Positions 38,536 through 51,091 of a DNA stretch of 64,000 nucleotides are shown here, in pieces. Location of the stretch: the NCBI GenBank assembly GCA_044892525.1, contig CM097885.1, positions 43,650,001-43,714,000 of the forward strand, given 5' to 3'. The position numbers and the translations under genes are program-made. Each line of letters begins with the position of its first letter. The first letter of the stretch is position 1. A model generated the notes under the pieces. It was not told the DNA's origin, did not search any database, and saw nothing but the letters and a program-made list of their open reading frames with translations. Source of the stretch: Schmidtea polychroa (lineage: Eukaryota).

Positions 38536-39848
38536 TAATTATTAAATAATAAATATTTATAATGAAAAATTAACTAAAACTATTTAAGTCAATTATAAAA
38601 TACAAAAAATAATAATATTTGACATATGTCTCAGTGTTCAAAAAGCAAGGTAAAGGAAATAAAATCTTTATTAATTTCAGATTTTTACAAAAATGTCATT
38701 GTGTGATAATCAAATATTTTTATGTATAATGTGTACAAAAATTTCATTGCATATCAAAAGATAAAAATTTTTTCTTTCAATTGTAGCAAAATTTATGACT
38801 TCCATTATTACTTTCTAACCATTCTATTTTAATAATTGTATAAATTTAATATATCAGGAACTTTGTTTCTTGAATAGGTCATTTGGGGCGCAAAATCGAT
38901 AAAATATAATAACTGATATATACATACATTAGCCTTATGTGATTAAAATTGTTTGCACAATAAAAAAGTAACAAAATTTATACATCTCTAAAAATTATTA
39001 TATAAAATAGAGCTCTAAGGAATTTTTTTTGTTTTGTCAAGTGTTTTTTTTAATAAATATTTAAAGAAAAAAAAACAATTTTATTTTTTTTATAAATTAA
39101 ACACGGAAAAAAAATTTTTTACCGACATCTGTCGAAACTACTGTATTTTTTGGCGCGCTTTTTTTTTCTATTGTTCTTTTTTGAATTTTAACGGATTTCT
39201 TGTCTTGTTCACCCTAAGATTTGAACCTTAAGCTTTGAATTTACGCATGCATCTTTTCTTTCATTAAAAATATTTGTTACATAAAAAATTCAAACTTCTA
39301 ATAAAAATATTATTATAAACAAAAAAAAATGAGAATTAATTTGTTTTTATCTTAAAGAGTGATAAATTCTTAAAAAGTGGTAAATTTTTATCATATTTTT
39401 AATTCATTACTGTAAGTGTGATTAAATATTTGTAAATTTATTAGTGAAAATATAATTATGAGTGAAAATTGAATATTTATTAAGAATTTTTATTATTTTA
39501 TTTTTAATTAGTGTTTAAATTAATAAAAGTTTTAACAAAGCTAAATGTCAGGAAATAAACCAGTGGATTTCAACGTCGTAAAAGACAAAAGGCTTTGGAG
39601 GAAGAGGCAAGAAAATCAAGTCAACTGATGAAAAGTTTTCTTAAAAAGACTAATATGAATGATAATAATAATCTTAATAAAATTCAAAATGAACCAGATG
39701 ATGAAATGCTTGATATTGATGAAACTCATAGTTTTGAAAACGATTCTGACATGAAAAGTGAAAAAGATAGTGATATAAATAGTGTGAAAGATATTGAGAT
39801 AGTCGAGTATATTGAAAGTTCAAAGTCTCAAAATATTGATATACCCAA

Positions 39849-40966
39849 TGTTTCGACCAGTCAGAGGGGAATGTCACTCACCTCTGACTGGCAGTTTGTT
39901 TGACGTTTCCTTTTGTTTCGCGCCTGTGTGCGCGGTATTATTTGATCGAATATTGTTGGTGTGCGCACACAGACGCGAGAAGTAGGTTTAATTTCTTTGT
40001 TTTTGTGAATTTTTATAGATTTTTGTAGAAATTATATTTTGTTTTGCTGCAAAAAAGGTTTTATGTATTTTGTTCTGGAATTATGAATTCTTTGTACGAT
40101 TATAATTGTTTATCTGTTTATCGAAACCGGAACGTTGACAACAATTAAATGAATCCAGAGTATGACTATTTATTCAAGCTTCTACTAATTGGAGATTCTG
40201 GTGTTGGAAAATCTTGTTTATTACTCAGACTTGCAGATAATACTTATACTGAAAGTTGCATAAGCACAATTGGAGTTGACTTTAAAATCAGAACTATTGA
40301 ATTAGATGGTGAAACTATAAAATTGCAAATATGGGATACAGCAGGTCAAGAAAGATTTAGAACTATAACCTCGTCTTATTACAGAGGAGCTCATGGAATT
40401 ATTGTTGTGTATGATGTTATCGATCAAGATTCGTTTAACAATGTTAAAAATTGGCTTAATGAAATCGATAGATATGCAGAAAGAAAAGTTCCAGATAAAA
40501 TGATTGAGAAGGGTTCAGCTACAAGATTGTTTAATATCACTGAAAGTACTGCAGGTGTTATGACTTGTATGATCCCTGATTGTCGATCTCAAGTATATCG
40601 TGCACAAATGGAAGCAGCTCGATTTAAATATAAAATTCGATATGAAATGCCTTGTGATATAATATGTCGTTGTATTGCGGATATTAATCAGCTCTATACC
40701 CAATCGGCTGAGATGCGACCATTAGGTTGTTCAATGATAGCATTATCTAATGATGTTGAAATGGACAAACCGTTATTATTCAAAACTGATTCCAGTGGCT
40801 CTGTAGTTGGACATCGAGCTGTTGCAGTTGGTGGAAAGCAAATGGAGGTTGGAACTTATTCTGAAAAATACTCAAAGACAACTTATGATATGGATTTTAA
40901 TAAAATTGTTGTAATCTTTATTAAATTTAATCATGGTTCTGATCTGATGTTCGTCAAGTTTAAACA
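39849..40966 (+). mobile_element. 1118-bp TGTTT...AAACA insertion (solo-LTR-like) with 5-bp TSD, carrying host mRNA cargo
   Basis: CCCAA at 39844-39848 and 40967-40971. Removing the insert restores the transposase frame ([14 protein letters not shown]). Two 5' hairpins, and ATTAAA near the 3' end. Confidence 0.88.
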
Positions 40967-40979
40967 CCCAACATATTAA
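40149..40979 (+). CDS. Chimeric intronless ORF: Rab1 residues 1-110 fused in frame to an internal proteasome alpha-1/PSMA6-type fragment
   Basis: [22 protein letters not shown]...[22 protein letters not shown]...EIDRYA (Rab1), then ERKVPDK...[21 protein letters not shown]...[20 protein letters not shown] (PSMA6-like). No NKxD and no C-terminal CC motif. Confidence 0.85.
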   Translation: MNPEYDYLFKLLLIGDSGVGKSCLLLRLADNTYTESCISTIGVDFKIRTIELDGETIKLQIWDTAGQERFRTITSSYYRGAHGIIVVYDVIDQDSFNNVKNWLNEIDRYAERKVPDKMIEKGSATRLFNITESTAGVMTCMIPDCRSQVYRAQMEAARFKYKIRYEMPCDIICRCIADINQLYTQSAEMRPLGCSMIALSNDVEMDKPLLFKTDSSGSVVGHRAVAVGGKQMEVGTYSEKYSKTTYDMDFNKIVVIFIKFNHGSDLMFVKFKHPTY

Positions 40980-42859
40980 AACACCATGATATGGGATTTA
41001 TTGATTTTGATTCAATTCAGCCAAAAATCTCTCACAATGTTTTTAAAGAAATTGTATCGCGTAATTCAGGATTATTTCAAAATTCCAATTCTGAATTTGA
41101 TGTAAGTGGTGGACGATCTATGAATGCTTCATGGTTTAAGCGAATTTTAGCTAATTGAACTGAAGTAAATCGAACTTTGCTTGTCTATTCTCCTCATTAA
41201 AAAGCAGCCTTTTGTTTTTGCTGTGTATTATTTTATAACTCCAATTGCAAATCGTCATTTTCATCACCAAATGGTTTTAACAGCTGGAGTAACACTGAGA
41301 GAGTTCAAGATCATGAAAATAGTGCAGTACATCGTAAGTTATTTTCAATTTTGAAGGAAACTGAACGAAGCTTAAATGAATGTGTTGGAATTGAAGTGAA
41401 TTTAGAGCAACAAATTCAGTCAGAACGAAATCGATGGAGAGATATATTAAAACGCTTTTTATCGTGCATTAAATATCTGGCATTTCAAAATTTAGGATTA
41501 CGAGGGCATATTGAAACATTAAGTGATGCAAACATGCATAATAAAGGAAATTTTTTGAGTCTGGTCGAATTATTGTCTCAATATCATTCAGTTTTATCAT
41601 CGCATTTAGAGAATTGTCGCAATAATCTTGGATCTCCATCTTATTTATCACCAGCTATTCAAAATGAATTTATTTCATTACTTGCAACGACAGTGAAGAA
41701 TGATTTGCTCAACAATATTAGAAAAAATAAATATTTTGGGATGCTCTATGATTCCATTCCTGATTTACAACATCGTGAACAATTAGCAAAAGTAATTCGT
41801 TATGTTGACATTGATTTTGAAAATAAAAATGTTGAAATTAAGGAAACATTTCTTGGATTTATAGAACTAAAAGCAAAAGATGCTGAAACACTTGAAATGA
41901 CAATTATTAATTCATTAAAATTGGATAATTTAGATATCTCAAATTGTCGTTCTCAATGCTACGAAAACGGAGGAGTTATGAAAGGGCGTATTTCTGGTCT
42001 TCAAATGAGAATTTGTCATTTGAATCATCGCGCTTTATTTATAAATTGCGACAATCATAGTCTTAATCTGGCTGGACTACATTCAGCTGCAACTGATTCA
42101 ATTGTAATGACATTTTTTGGCTCTATTAAGAAAATTTTTGCTTTTTTTTCACGTTTTACTTTACGATGGGAAAAATTAAAAGATGCTGTACAATTAACTT
42201 TGAAATGTGAAACAACCACAAGATGGAGTGCAAGATCTGAAGCTGTAAAAGTAATTTTTTTGCAACTCAACGAAATCATTGATCTTCTTGAAGAACTTTC
42301 TGAAAACTCCAATCAAACAACAGAAACAAGAAGCGAAGCGCAAATCATTTTACAAAATTTTTTAAATTTTAATTTTCTTTGTTTGATTCATTTTTGCCAT
42401 AATGTTTTGAACAAAATTGATCGAGTTCAAAAAAGATTACAAGATCCGAAAATGAATTTTTTTGACGCAGCGCTTGATTTAGATGGACTTAAAGAAACTT
42501 TAATTGAAATGCGTGAAAATTTATGTGCAGCTGCTATAGAATTTGCTCAAGAAAAATGTACAGACCATCTACTGAATCATTATTATTCTTTGAATTTTGT
42601 CCACAGTCTCATAATTAAAAATAAATTATTTTAATCATAAATACCATGATCATTTTCTTTACTTTTTACAATGTCGCTTTATTTTAAAATCATCAATATT
42701 CTAACAATTTATGAAATAGAAAATTATGGTTTCTTGTTCTCAGCATAAATTAAATGTTAAACAAATGAATGACATGAAAAGTCATTGGTACAAAATATTT
42801 ATTAAGTGAGAAAATTTTCAATTATAAAATAATCTTTTTCAGTCTGTCGGAATTCATAT

Positions 42860-43720
42860 CGAATGTTCAAATGCTTACTGGATTTCCTTTTAAAATTCAT
42901 TATTTAATCACTTTTAAACCAACAGAAAGATAACACTAGCTAAGAACCAGTACTGGCAAGTTATTGCGAAACATCGAAAAAATATGTAAGACAAACATCT
43001 CGTGAGATTTGGCATCAAAAATCAAGTGTCCATTGCATTTTAAGACATTGCAGGTGGAAATTTTATATTCCAACAATGGTACATCAATGAGGCTAATTCG
43101 AACCGAAAAAAACAATTTTACGAAAGTTACTTAGAAAAATGTGAACAGGATTCTCAATTTTCTGGGAAGATTGTTTGGAACGATAAAGCTTCATTCAAAT
43201 TAAATAGCACAATTAATCGACATAATTGCACTTACTGAGCATCTGTAAATCCACATGTTACGAAAGGAGACCATGCAAATTTACCAGAAGTTTCAGTGTG
43301 GTGGTGCATTTCAAACAAAGGATTAATTGGATCATATTTTTTGTCAGTACAGTGATACAGGTGTCAAGTACTTGAATTTACTATAAGTATCTGTTTATCA
43401 AGCATTTTTTGAAGATGGCAACTTTTATTTTTAACAGGATGAAGTACCTCCACACTGTCATTGTTATGTATATCTTTCATATCTTGATGAGAAAAATTTC
43501 AAACAAATGACTTGGACGAAGAGATACAATAGAATAACTTGTCCGTTCCCCAAACCTGACGCCCCTCAACTTTTCTTTGTGAAAATACCTTAAAAATAAA
43601 GCCTACACCAGAAAATCAACGACAATGGAAGAATTTTTGTCGAAGTTTATGAATCAACCGTTATCAGCAGTGTATTGACCAGAACGGTGATAATTTTGAA
43701 CATCTGCGGTAAGAGGAAAA
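42860..43720 (+). mobile_element. Degenerate Tc1/mariner transposase remnant
   Basis: IVWNDKASFKLNSTINRHNCTY*ASVNPH, F*QDEVPPH and a decayed WPPRSPDLTPLDF-like motif at about 43540-43580. Confidence 0.75.
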
Positions 43721-43860
43721 GTTATACATTTTATGCGGATTCTTTTGCTATTTAAATATTAATTATATGTGAATTAAAAAACTGAAGTTATAATCATTGA
43801 AACAGTATACATTTGAAATTATATAAATACATTACTCAATATAAAGTGATTAATTCTTAA

Positions 43861-44035
43861 TAGCAGCATTTATTATTTAAAACAATAAAGTGATAATTTA
43901 AGCCTTTGCTGCGAATAATGTATTTAATGAAAAAAATTACGACTATAAGATAGTCCTTGTTTTATAGTCGAAAATATTTTCATTAAATACATTATTCGCA
44001 GCAAAAGGTTTAAATTTTCACTTTATTGTTTTACA
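43861..44035. repeat. Head-to-head inverted pair of Penelope pseudo-LTR fragments
   Basis: 43861-43960 is the reverse complement, and 43964-44035 a direct diverged copy, of the 38299-38425 unit. Confidence 0.8.
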
Positions 44036-44170
44036 TTACTTGATAAATCAAATATTAACTATATTCTGTCATATTTAATTATATTATTAAAAATAATGAT
44101 TATAAGTTGAATTTTATATTTAAATAATAAATAAGTGATGATTAAAAATTTTTAAATGTTTACATTTTAG

Positions 44171-44443
44171 ATAAAACACTAGAATTTGTACCAGACTTAG
44201 TGCATTTATTATATAGACCCAGAATTTTCCTATGTAATTTTCATTCATCAATAAAGTTTATTCAGTCAGATTTGAAGAAAAAGTTATATTATATTGATAA
44301 CAATGGTGTGGAAACTGAAGTACCATTTTACCAATTATCAAATTTTGTTAGTTCCGTTAAATTAAAATGCCAGTGCTTCATCAATGTCAAACAAAATTCA
44401 AAAATTATTTTATTGGAAGAAATTAATCATGAATACATTTTAG
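44171..44443 (+). CDS. Kringle-Ig receptor exon 7 (Ig-like, two Cys positions)
   Basis: TAG/GTTAAA borders, 273 bp, phase 1-1, open. Confidence 0.75.
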
Positions 44444-45075
44444 GTTAAATTTTATGCAATTTCAATTATTTTAATTTATAATTTATTTTTTAATTTTTTT
44501 CCAAACAATATTAATAATAATAATAATAAATAATACTAATACTAATAACAATAATATGAATATAGTAAGCGTGTGATATTTTTTCTCCGATGTCTGACAC
44601 TATTAACGCTTAATAACCTAGAGTTTCAATTTTGATACCAATCTTTTAAACCGAATGTTCACATTACTATTAGTTTTTTTTATAGGTTGGCTGTTCATAT
44701 TTTACTATTGTATAATATTCTTTCCAATGAAGTTAAAAAAAAAACAAATGTCATTATCTATGACATATTACTTTCGCGGCATAGTGAACAAGTAAACACA
44801 TTTTACTAAAAGTAAAGAAAATCACTTTCGTAAATAAGGCTACTATGGGTTAAAATAAACAACGCAAACTTTGTTTGTGATACTCAGTCCAGGTCTAAAT
44901 AGTAGACTAGTTTCGAGATTTTACTATACAGGCGACACGAAGATTTCTCTATATAACTGTGTATACAACAGTGTTGAATCAACTTCATGCTCAAACTATG
45001 TTTTTCAGTTTATAGATTTTCTGTGGCCAAGCTTAAAAGCAAGCAATGTGATATAATAATAACAATAATAATAAC

Positions 45076-45185
<110 letters not shown>

Positions 45186-45311
45186 GGAGATTGACAAGGA
45201 CTATCGTATAGTCGAAAATTCTTTCATTAAATACATTATTTGCAGCAAAAGGCTTAAATTATCATTTTATTGTTTTAAATAATAAATGCTGCTACCAAGC
45301 AATCATCATTT
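45186..45311 (+). ncRNA. Solo Penelope pseudo-LTR beginning with a minimal hammerhead ribozyme (45186-45225), embedded in (AAT)n
   Basis: Identical to 38299-38424 by eye. Flanked by long (AAT)n tracts (45055-45185 and 45313-45427). Confidence 0.7.
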
Positions 45312-45429
<118 letters not shown>

Positions 45430-45470
45430 CAATATTAAATTAATAATTATAAATTATAATTTTACTTTAG

Positions 45471-45785
45471 TTAAGGTCTTTATGTCTCTCATTGAATGGA
45501 CAGGCTCTCTGAAGAAAGAAGAGACTGTTAATTGTACGATTAATTACAATGCGCCTCCTTCAAGTATTCGTTTATATTGGTATATTGATAGGCCAATACA
45601 ATTGAAACAATTGAAGTTCAACATAACTCGAAAACATCATATAAATAAATTATTTCTGACTTTTCAAGATATTTCAGAAGTTGGGAACTATATTCTAGTA
45701 TGTAGTGCATCACTCGACGACATCTTTGATAATTTAACATCTTACGTATATCATTCTTATTCTTGGATAAACCTTACATTAACAG
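45471..45785 (+). CDS. Kringle-Ig receptor exon 8 (Ig-like domain)
   Basis: TVNCTI...LYWYI...LTFQDISEVGNYILVCSA gives the B-strand Cys, C-strand Trp and GxYxxxC. 315 bp, phase 1-1. Confidence 0.85.
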
Positions 45786-45857
45786 GTTTTTTTTTGATTT
45801 TATTGTTTAATTTATTTTTACTTCATAAAACAAGCAAATTTATGATGCGCACTACAT

Positions 45858-46011
45858 CAGGGGTTCCTATCCTTTATGGTGAAGTGACCCCTTGATTATA
45901 TTTACAAACAATGAAATTAATCTAGTTGATTTTAATTTTGAAATTAATTTTTAGAAGGTCTCTGGCGACCCTTGACAAATTTTCAGGCAACTCACAGGTT
46001 GGGAACCACTG
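45858..46011. mobile_element. Short hAT MITE
   Basis: Ends caggggttccta / tgggaaccactg, with a decayed 8-bp TSD cactacat / tattacat. Confidence 0.6.
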
Positions 46012-46603
46012 TATTACATTATATTAAAACATTTTTACATGGGATTAATGTGAACCAATAAGAAAATTTCTTTTATATTTAGTATAATTTTAGTATAATA
46101 TACAGTTTTATTAAAGAACAATATTTGGTCGATCGTGATAATATATTTGTATGAAGCATTTTGTTACGGCTTCAACAAATGTTACTAAAACATGGATGTC
46201 AAACCTTTTGTGATGGGTGTTCAATTCCAAAATTTCCCAACAGGCCGCAGACCGAACAATATTTTAGATTTATCATAATGTTGCGCTTAACAATAACCCA
46301 ACATATTTTAGTTTGATCATTTCACATTTTTATCAATCATTAATAATTAAACAATAAACAATTTTTTTAATAAATAAACAATTTTTTAACAATTTCCTGT
46401 TTAACACATATTTATATACTGTGATCTTTTACAATTTCATTTGTAATATATTCTAAAAATATAAAATTTTATTTGTCAAATTTTATCAATTATTTTTATC
46501 ACTATAATAAAATTCAAAAAAAGAACAGAATAGATAAGTTTTTGACAATAACCATACAAACAAAACGATTTGAAGAATAATATAAAAGATTTTTCGTTTC
46601 CAG

Positions 46604-46846
46604 GTAAAAGAGGTGAAATCATAGACCCTTTAAAAGAAATTCTAATTTCTCAGGATAAGTTGACTTGCCGTACAATAAGCAATTTTCCTTCAATAATTCA
46701 AATTTACAGTGAAAATACAAAAGCAAACTTTTCAGAAAATAATGATTCATTCATTGTTAAAAATTATTTTAGAAGTGGAATTTACAGAATCACTTGCATA
46801 AATTTGTATTATTCCACCACGGTGACTGAAACCAAGCTTATTCTTA
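46604..46846 (+). CDS. Kringle-Ig receptor exon 9 (Ig-like)
   Basis: LTCRTISNFP...SGIYRITCIN. CAG/GTAAGT borders, 243 bp, phase 1-1. Confidence 0.8.
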
Positions 46847-47184
46847 GTAAGTTATTTTATTAAAAATTATTAATTATTGAATATAATTTATGATAATAAA
46901 GTTAATTTATATGATTAAATCTATATTTTCACATACTTAAAAAATTACAATTAAAACAAAAGTGATTTATTATTATAGAGATATTATAGAGATTTAAAGA
47001 TTAAAAATCTACATTTCATAAATATTATTTCAAATTCAAATAAAATACATTTTCTACTAAATCATTTATTTAGTTACATTTATTAATTGTATTCACAAGT
47101 TATCAAAAGTTTCGATAATATTCAGAAAATTAATATTCATTAATAGTAACAGTTTCAATGTTTGCTTGAAGGTAGGTATTATGA

Positions 47185-47819
47185 TTTGAGGTTACGGTGG
47201 TATTATATTCTATATATTCTATATGTGTTATATATAGACTATATTATATTTGTGTTGGTGAGTGTGTGTGTGTGTGTGGAAATCTAGAGAGCCCGATAGA
47301 GTCATCGTTAAAAAATGTGGCGGGACAATCGGGGTGCGTGTTGTGTAGAGATTTTATGACGATGAGATCACAAAAAAAATATTAAAATAATATGACAATG
47401 AAATGACAAAAATAATATTAAATTAATATTAATTGAACAAACCAACGAACAATTATAATTCCAACTTTTATTTAAAAAAAAATTCAAAAACCTTAGAGAT
47501 GGTGCGAAGTTAGAATGTCAAACTTTTCAATTTCGGCGAATTTACTTTTATAAATCTATTCAAAAATTTTCTTTACTACTTGAGGGAAATTTCCGATGAT
47601 TGATATCAAATTTCAGAATATAGCAGAATAAATTTCTTTTTGATTGTTGAATTGTGATAAGCTTTTAACTTTCACTTTTATTATTGATTTTTTATTTGTG
47701 TTCGATATTTGTATAGCGATAATTCACCATAGTAAATTATCGCTATATAGTCTCTTTATTCCTTTTTCGAGCGCGACATACGCTCAACGAAATAGCAAGG
47801 CGTCGCGTAACCTTGTTTA
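47185..47819 (-). mobile_element. Possible non-autonomous Helentron (HINE/DINE-like)
   Basis: aaacaaggttacgcg start on the minus strand, a short inverted copy gaggttacg at 47189, the palindrome tatagcgataatt...aattatcgctata, and an internal (TG)n. Confidence 0.35.
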
Positions 47820-47924
47820 AAAAGAAATAAAATATATAACTATACATTACAGTACGGAAACATTTCAATTTATGATTGATTAATTATTTAATTAATAAAT
47901 TACAAAATAAATATTTAACATTAG

Positions 47925-48206
47925 ATCGAGAAATATTCATGTTTCCGAATTTACCATTTTATATATTGAACCATCATGGAAGTATTGAATGTCTTCTTGA
48001 TTATGACGCAAATGTTAAGCCATTAAACACTTACATTTTTATCGAAGCCAAAAATGTTTCCTCAATGATTTCAGTTTACAATAACAAATTTTCCTATTTT
48101 AGTGCGACTTACCCAGGTACTTATCTAATAACATGCAAATGTTACGGGAAAATAAAGGTCATAGACACAAAAGCGGATCACCAAACAATGCCGATCGTCG
48201 AAAAAA
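47925..48206 (+). CDS. Kringle-Ig receptor exon 10 (Ig-like)
   Basis: SIECLL...PGTYLITCKC. TAG/GTATGT borders, 282 bp, phase 1-1. Confidence 0.8.
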
Positions 48207-50784
48207 GTATGTAAATTAATTTAATCATTAATCAAATTAAACTAATTCACAGATATTTTACTTTCTACTTTATCGAAAGAAGGTTATATGATTTCATGTT
48301 TGTTTACATCGTTCTTAGTTTGTAGAATAATTTTAGATAAATATATGTATAAAGCGAACTAACTAATGATACCGACAAAAGTTGGGGGTAATAAAATAGG
48401 AATGAACTTATTTCTAAAAATAAAATAACCTCTCAAAACAGTTTACAATAATGAAAGTCAATTAAGAATTTGCGGCATTTGAGAATTTTAAAAAAAAACT
48501 AAACTCCATCCAAAGCTACAAAAAGACATTAAAGGGTCTTAGGTTCCCTATGTGTATTTTTAAACGAATGTTAATAAGATATAAAAAAATCTATTTTTCA
48601 TCTATTTTTTGAGATACAAATTATTCAAATAAACATAACTAACGAAGAAGAATGTAAAAGAGAATATTTTTTGCAATATTTAAAATATAAATTTTTAAAA
48701 AAATAGGAAATATATTTTGGGTAATTAAAATAAAATATAATTAAACCAATAAATTTATTATAAAATACGAAATAAATATAATACGAAGGCAGTGCCGAAA
48801 ATTCGTGAGTATCAACAAACATCGATATATTACTGATTTATAGTCTTCAAACTCTCTTTTTAATTCTATATATTCGGCCAAACCATTAAGTTAGAGCAGA
48901 ATTTTCAATATGCGAATATATTTGTTATATCGGCTAAGGTATGACTTTGCCTATGATGACAAAAAACGATAAATACATAAACAGTTGAAAATAAGAAGTA
49001 TAAGCAAATTCTCGATATAAAAGTATGAATTCATTTGAGTTTATTGTGAGTCTCATAATATATAAAGGACCTTTTGTCAAGCGAAATAATAAAATAAAAA
49101 TATGCATATGGACATGATAATAAAACATGTAGGAATTATAAGAGTACTTGAAGAGCTATAAATGTATTTTAACTTATAATTAATCAAAGTTTGTGTATTA
49201 TTAATTTTTTTATTTATATTATTAACCCTTTTGCGGAAACCTGAAATTTAGAAAATATTCGCAAAGTGACACAAGTAATTATTTTGGTATGCAGATATTT
49301 AAATTCGGATTTCAGTTTTGGGTTTGTAGTTTATTTAATATTGCATTTTTACTGAAAACATAAAATAATTATAATATATCGAGACACACCGAAGGGTCCT
49401 ATTTGGAGGTTTTGTTTTGTTATAGGGACACGTTGGATATGCTCGACGTCGAACATTGCCAACATGTCCTATATCATGCAAAATGACATTACCATGGGAC
49501 ATGTCGTCATTATCCGACAGATGAATTTTTTTATGAAATAGGTATCTCTGAATGCTTAAATACAATAAAACATATTATGTAAGAGTATTCAGTTTCATAG
49601 ACAAATATTAATTTATTTCAAGATTTGAACAAAGTTCGATTTCACATTCAGTTCATTTGGTTTTTGAGTTCATAAAACTAATTTTTATAAAATAAATAGG
49701 GTATGTAGCTTCAAAAATACATTAATAATCTAAATAATAATATATACTATAAACATTACAAGCTTAGTGATACCCAGTGCAAATTCTAATACTAGACTAG
49801 TTTCGAGCTTTTGGCTCTCATCAGTACTATGCAGGAGATGCGAAGATTTCTCTTCGTGCCAGGTAAGTATACAATATTGCTGATTCAACTCTATTGCATA
49901 CTTTCCCTGGTACACTGGAAATCACATCACTTGCAAATTAACTAAATCACAGAAAAATATATCTGAAAACTTGTAAACATAGCTTATGAAAAATCATATT
50001 CGCCTCTGGAGACACCGTCTATACACAGAAACTGTTTACAAGTGCATCCGTAAACCTTTAACATTTTTAACTTGTAATGGTGTAAAATAATTTTTTTACG
50101 GATGTCTAACTGGGTATCACAAATTTATAATGTTTATATTATTTTAACGAGATTTTATAAATTATTATTAAATATACGCACGAAAACATATGTCAATAGT
50201 TAATAGTAATAAAACGTCATTATTAAAAGCATGTATAAATATTTTAATAATCCGTGCGAATACGCCGGAAATTATAATATTTTATTTTTATTACAGAAAA
50301 ATTAATATAAATAGGCGCGAAGAAATCATTTAATTTGCCCAAAAATCAGCTCCAAGAAGAGTATTCAGGCGTCAATCCTTAGAAAAACTTAAAACCCAGA
50401 GCAGACAAAAACGCTCTACATAAATTTTGAAAATTACAGTAAATAAATACAGCACGCATTATATAACAAAAAAAAAACATACTTCTGCACGCATTTGATT
50501 TAGCTATTCCATACAGATAGTGAAATTGAAAAATCAGTGTTAAACTTGAACTGGTAAATTTTAATATTTAAATAAATAATTGTATCAAGACTTATCTTCC
50601 TTTATTTATATAAGAACCAGTAAAGCTGAGAATCTCAAATACTGAGACCTCAAAAATATAAATCTTTTACTAAATATCTCTGTCGACTCTCCAACATAAT
50701 AATGTATTTTGAATATTTTACTTTTAAATTTACTAATTTAACTTATTAACATTTTGATTTTGTGTTTAAATTTCATTTTTCTAG

Positions 50785-51091
50785 TTCATTTGATCCAGCC
50801 CTTTGACGTGTACATCATAAGCAACTCTATTCAGTTGATGAATGAAAGCGTCATTTGTAAAACTAATTCCGATTTTCTAAGAAAAAATCTGGAATATTTC
50901 GTAGTTCAATGGAAAATAATACCTTATACCAAACATTTTACTGGAATAAATAAAAGTTTTGAACTGTTTTTTTCCATTGAACACCGTACCAAATTTGTAT
51001 ACGCTTACATGTATTTATAACTACGAAGTTTTTAATTCGAAATTTAGCATGAGAACTCGAAAATCGTTTGTTTCAATAATAGACTTAACAG
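50785..51091 (+). CDS. Kringle-Ig receptor exon 11 (Ig-like), with a +1 frameshift in T7 at 50967-50973
   Basis: VICKTN...VQWKI, then LYTLTCIYNY...IDLT in the shifted frame. TAG/GTAAGT borders, 307 bp = 3n+1. Confidence 0.75.

Larger units (their letters stand above)
39545..42565 (+). pseudogene. hAT transposase pseudogene (ZMYM1-like/DUF4371), interrupted at 39849-40966 and 3'-truncated
   Basis: MSGNKP..GFQRRKRQK N-terminus, TTF zinc finger (LVYSP...AFCFCC), LRGH, GNFL, YLSPAIQNE, DSIPD, CDNHSLNL and TTRWSAR. Same family as 5154-6527. Stops are present. Confidence 0.9.

Noticed and set aside
40149..40979. Functional host Rab1 gene
   Set aside because: It is truncated before G4/G5 and the prenylation motif, fused to PSMA6 sequence, and lies inside a TSD-flanked insertion.
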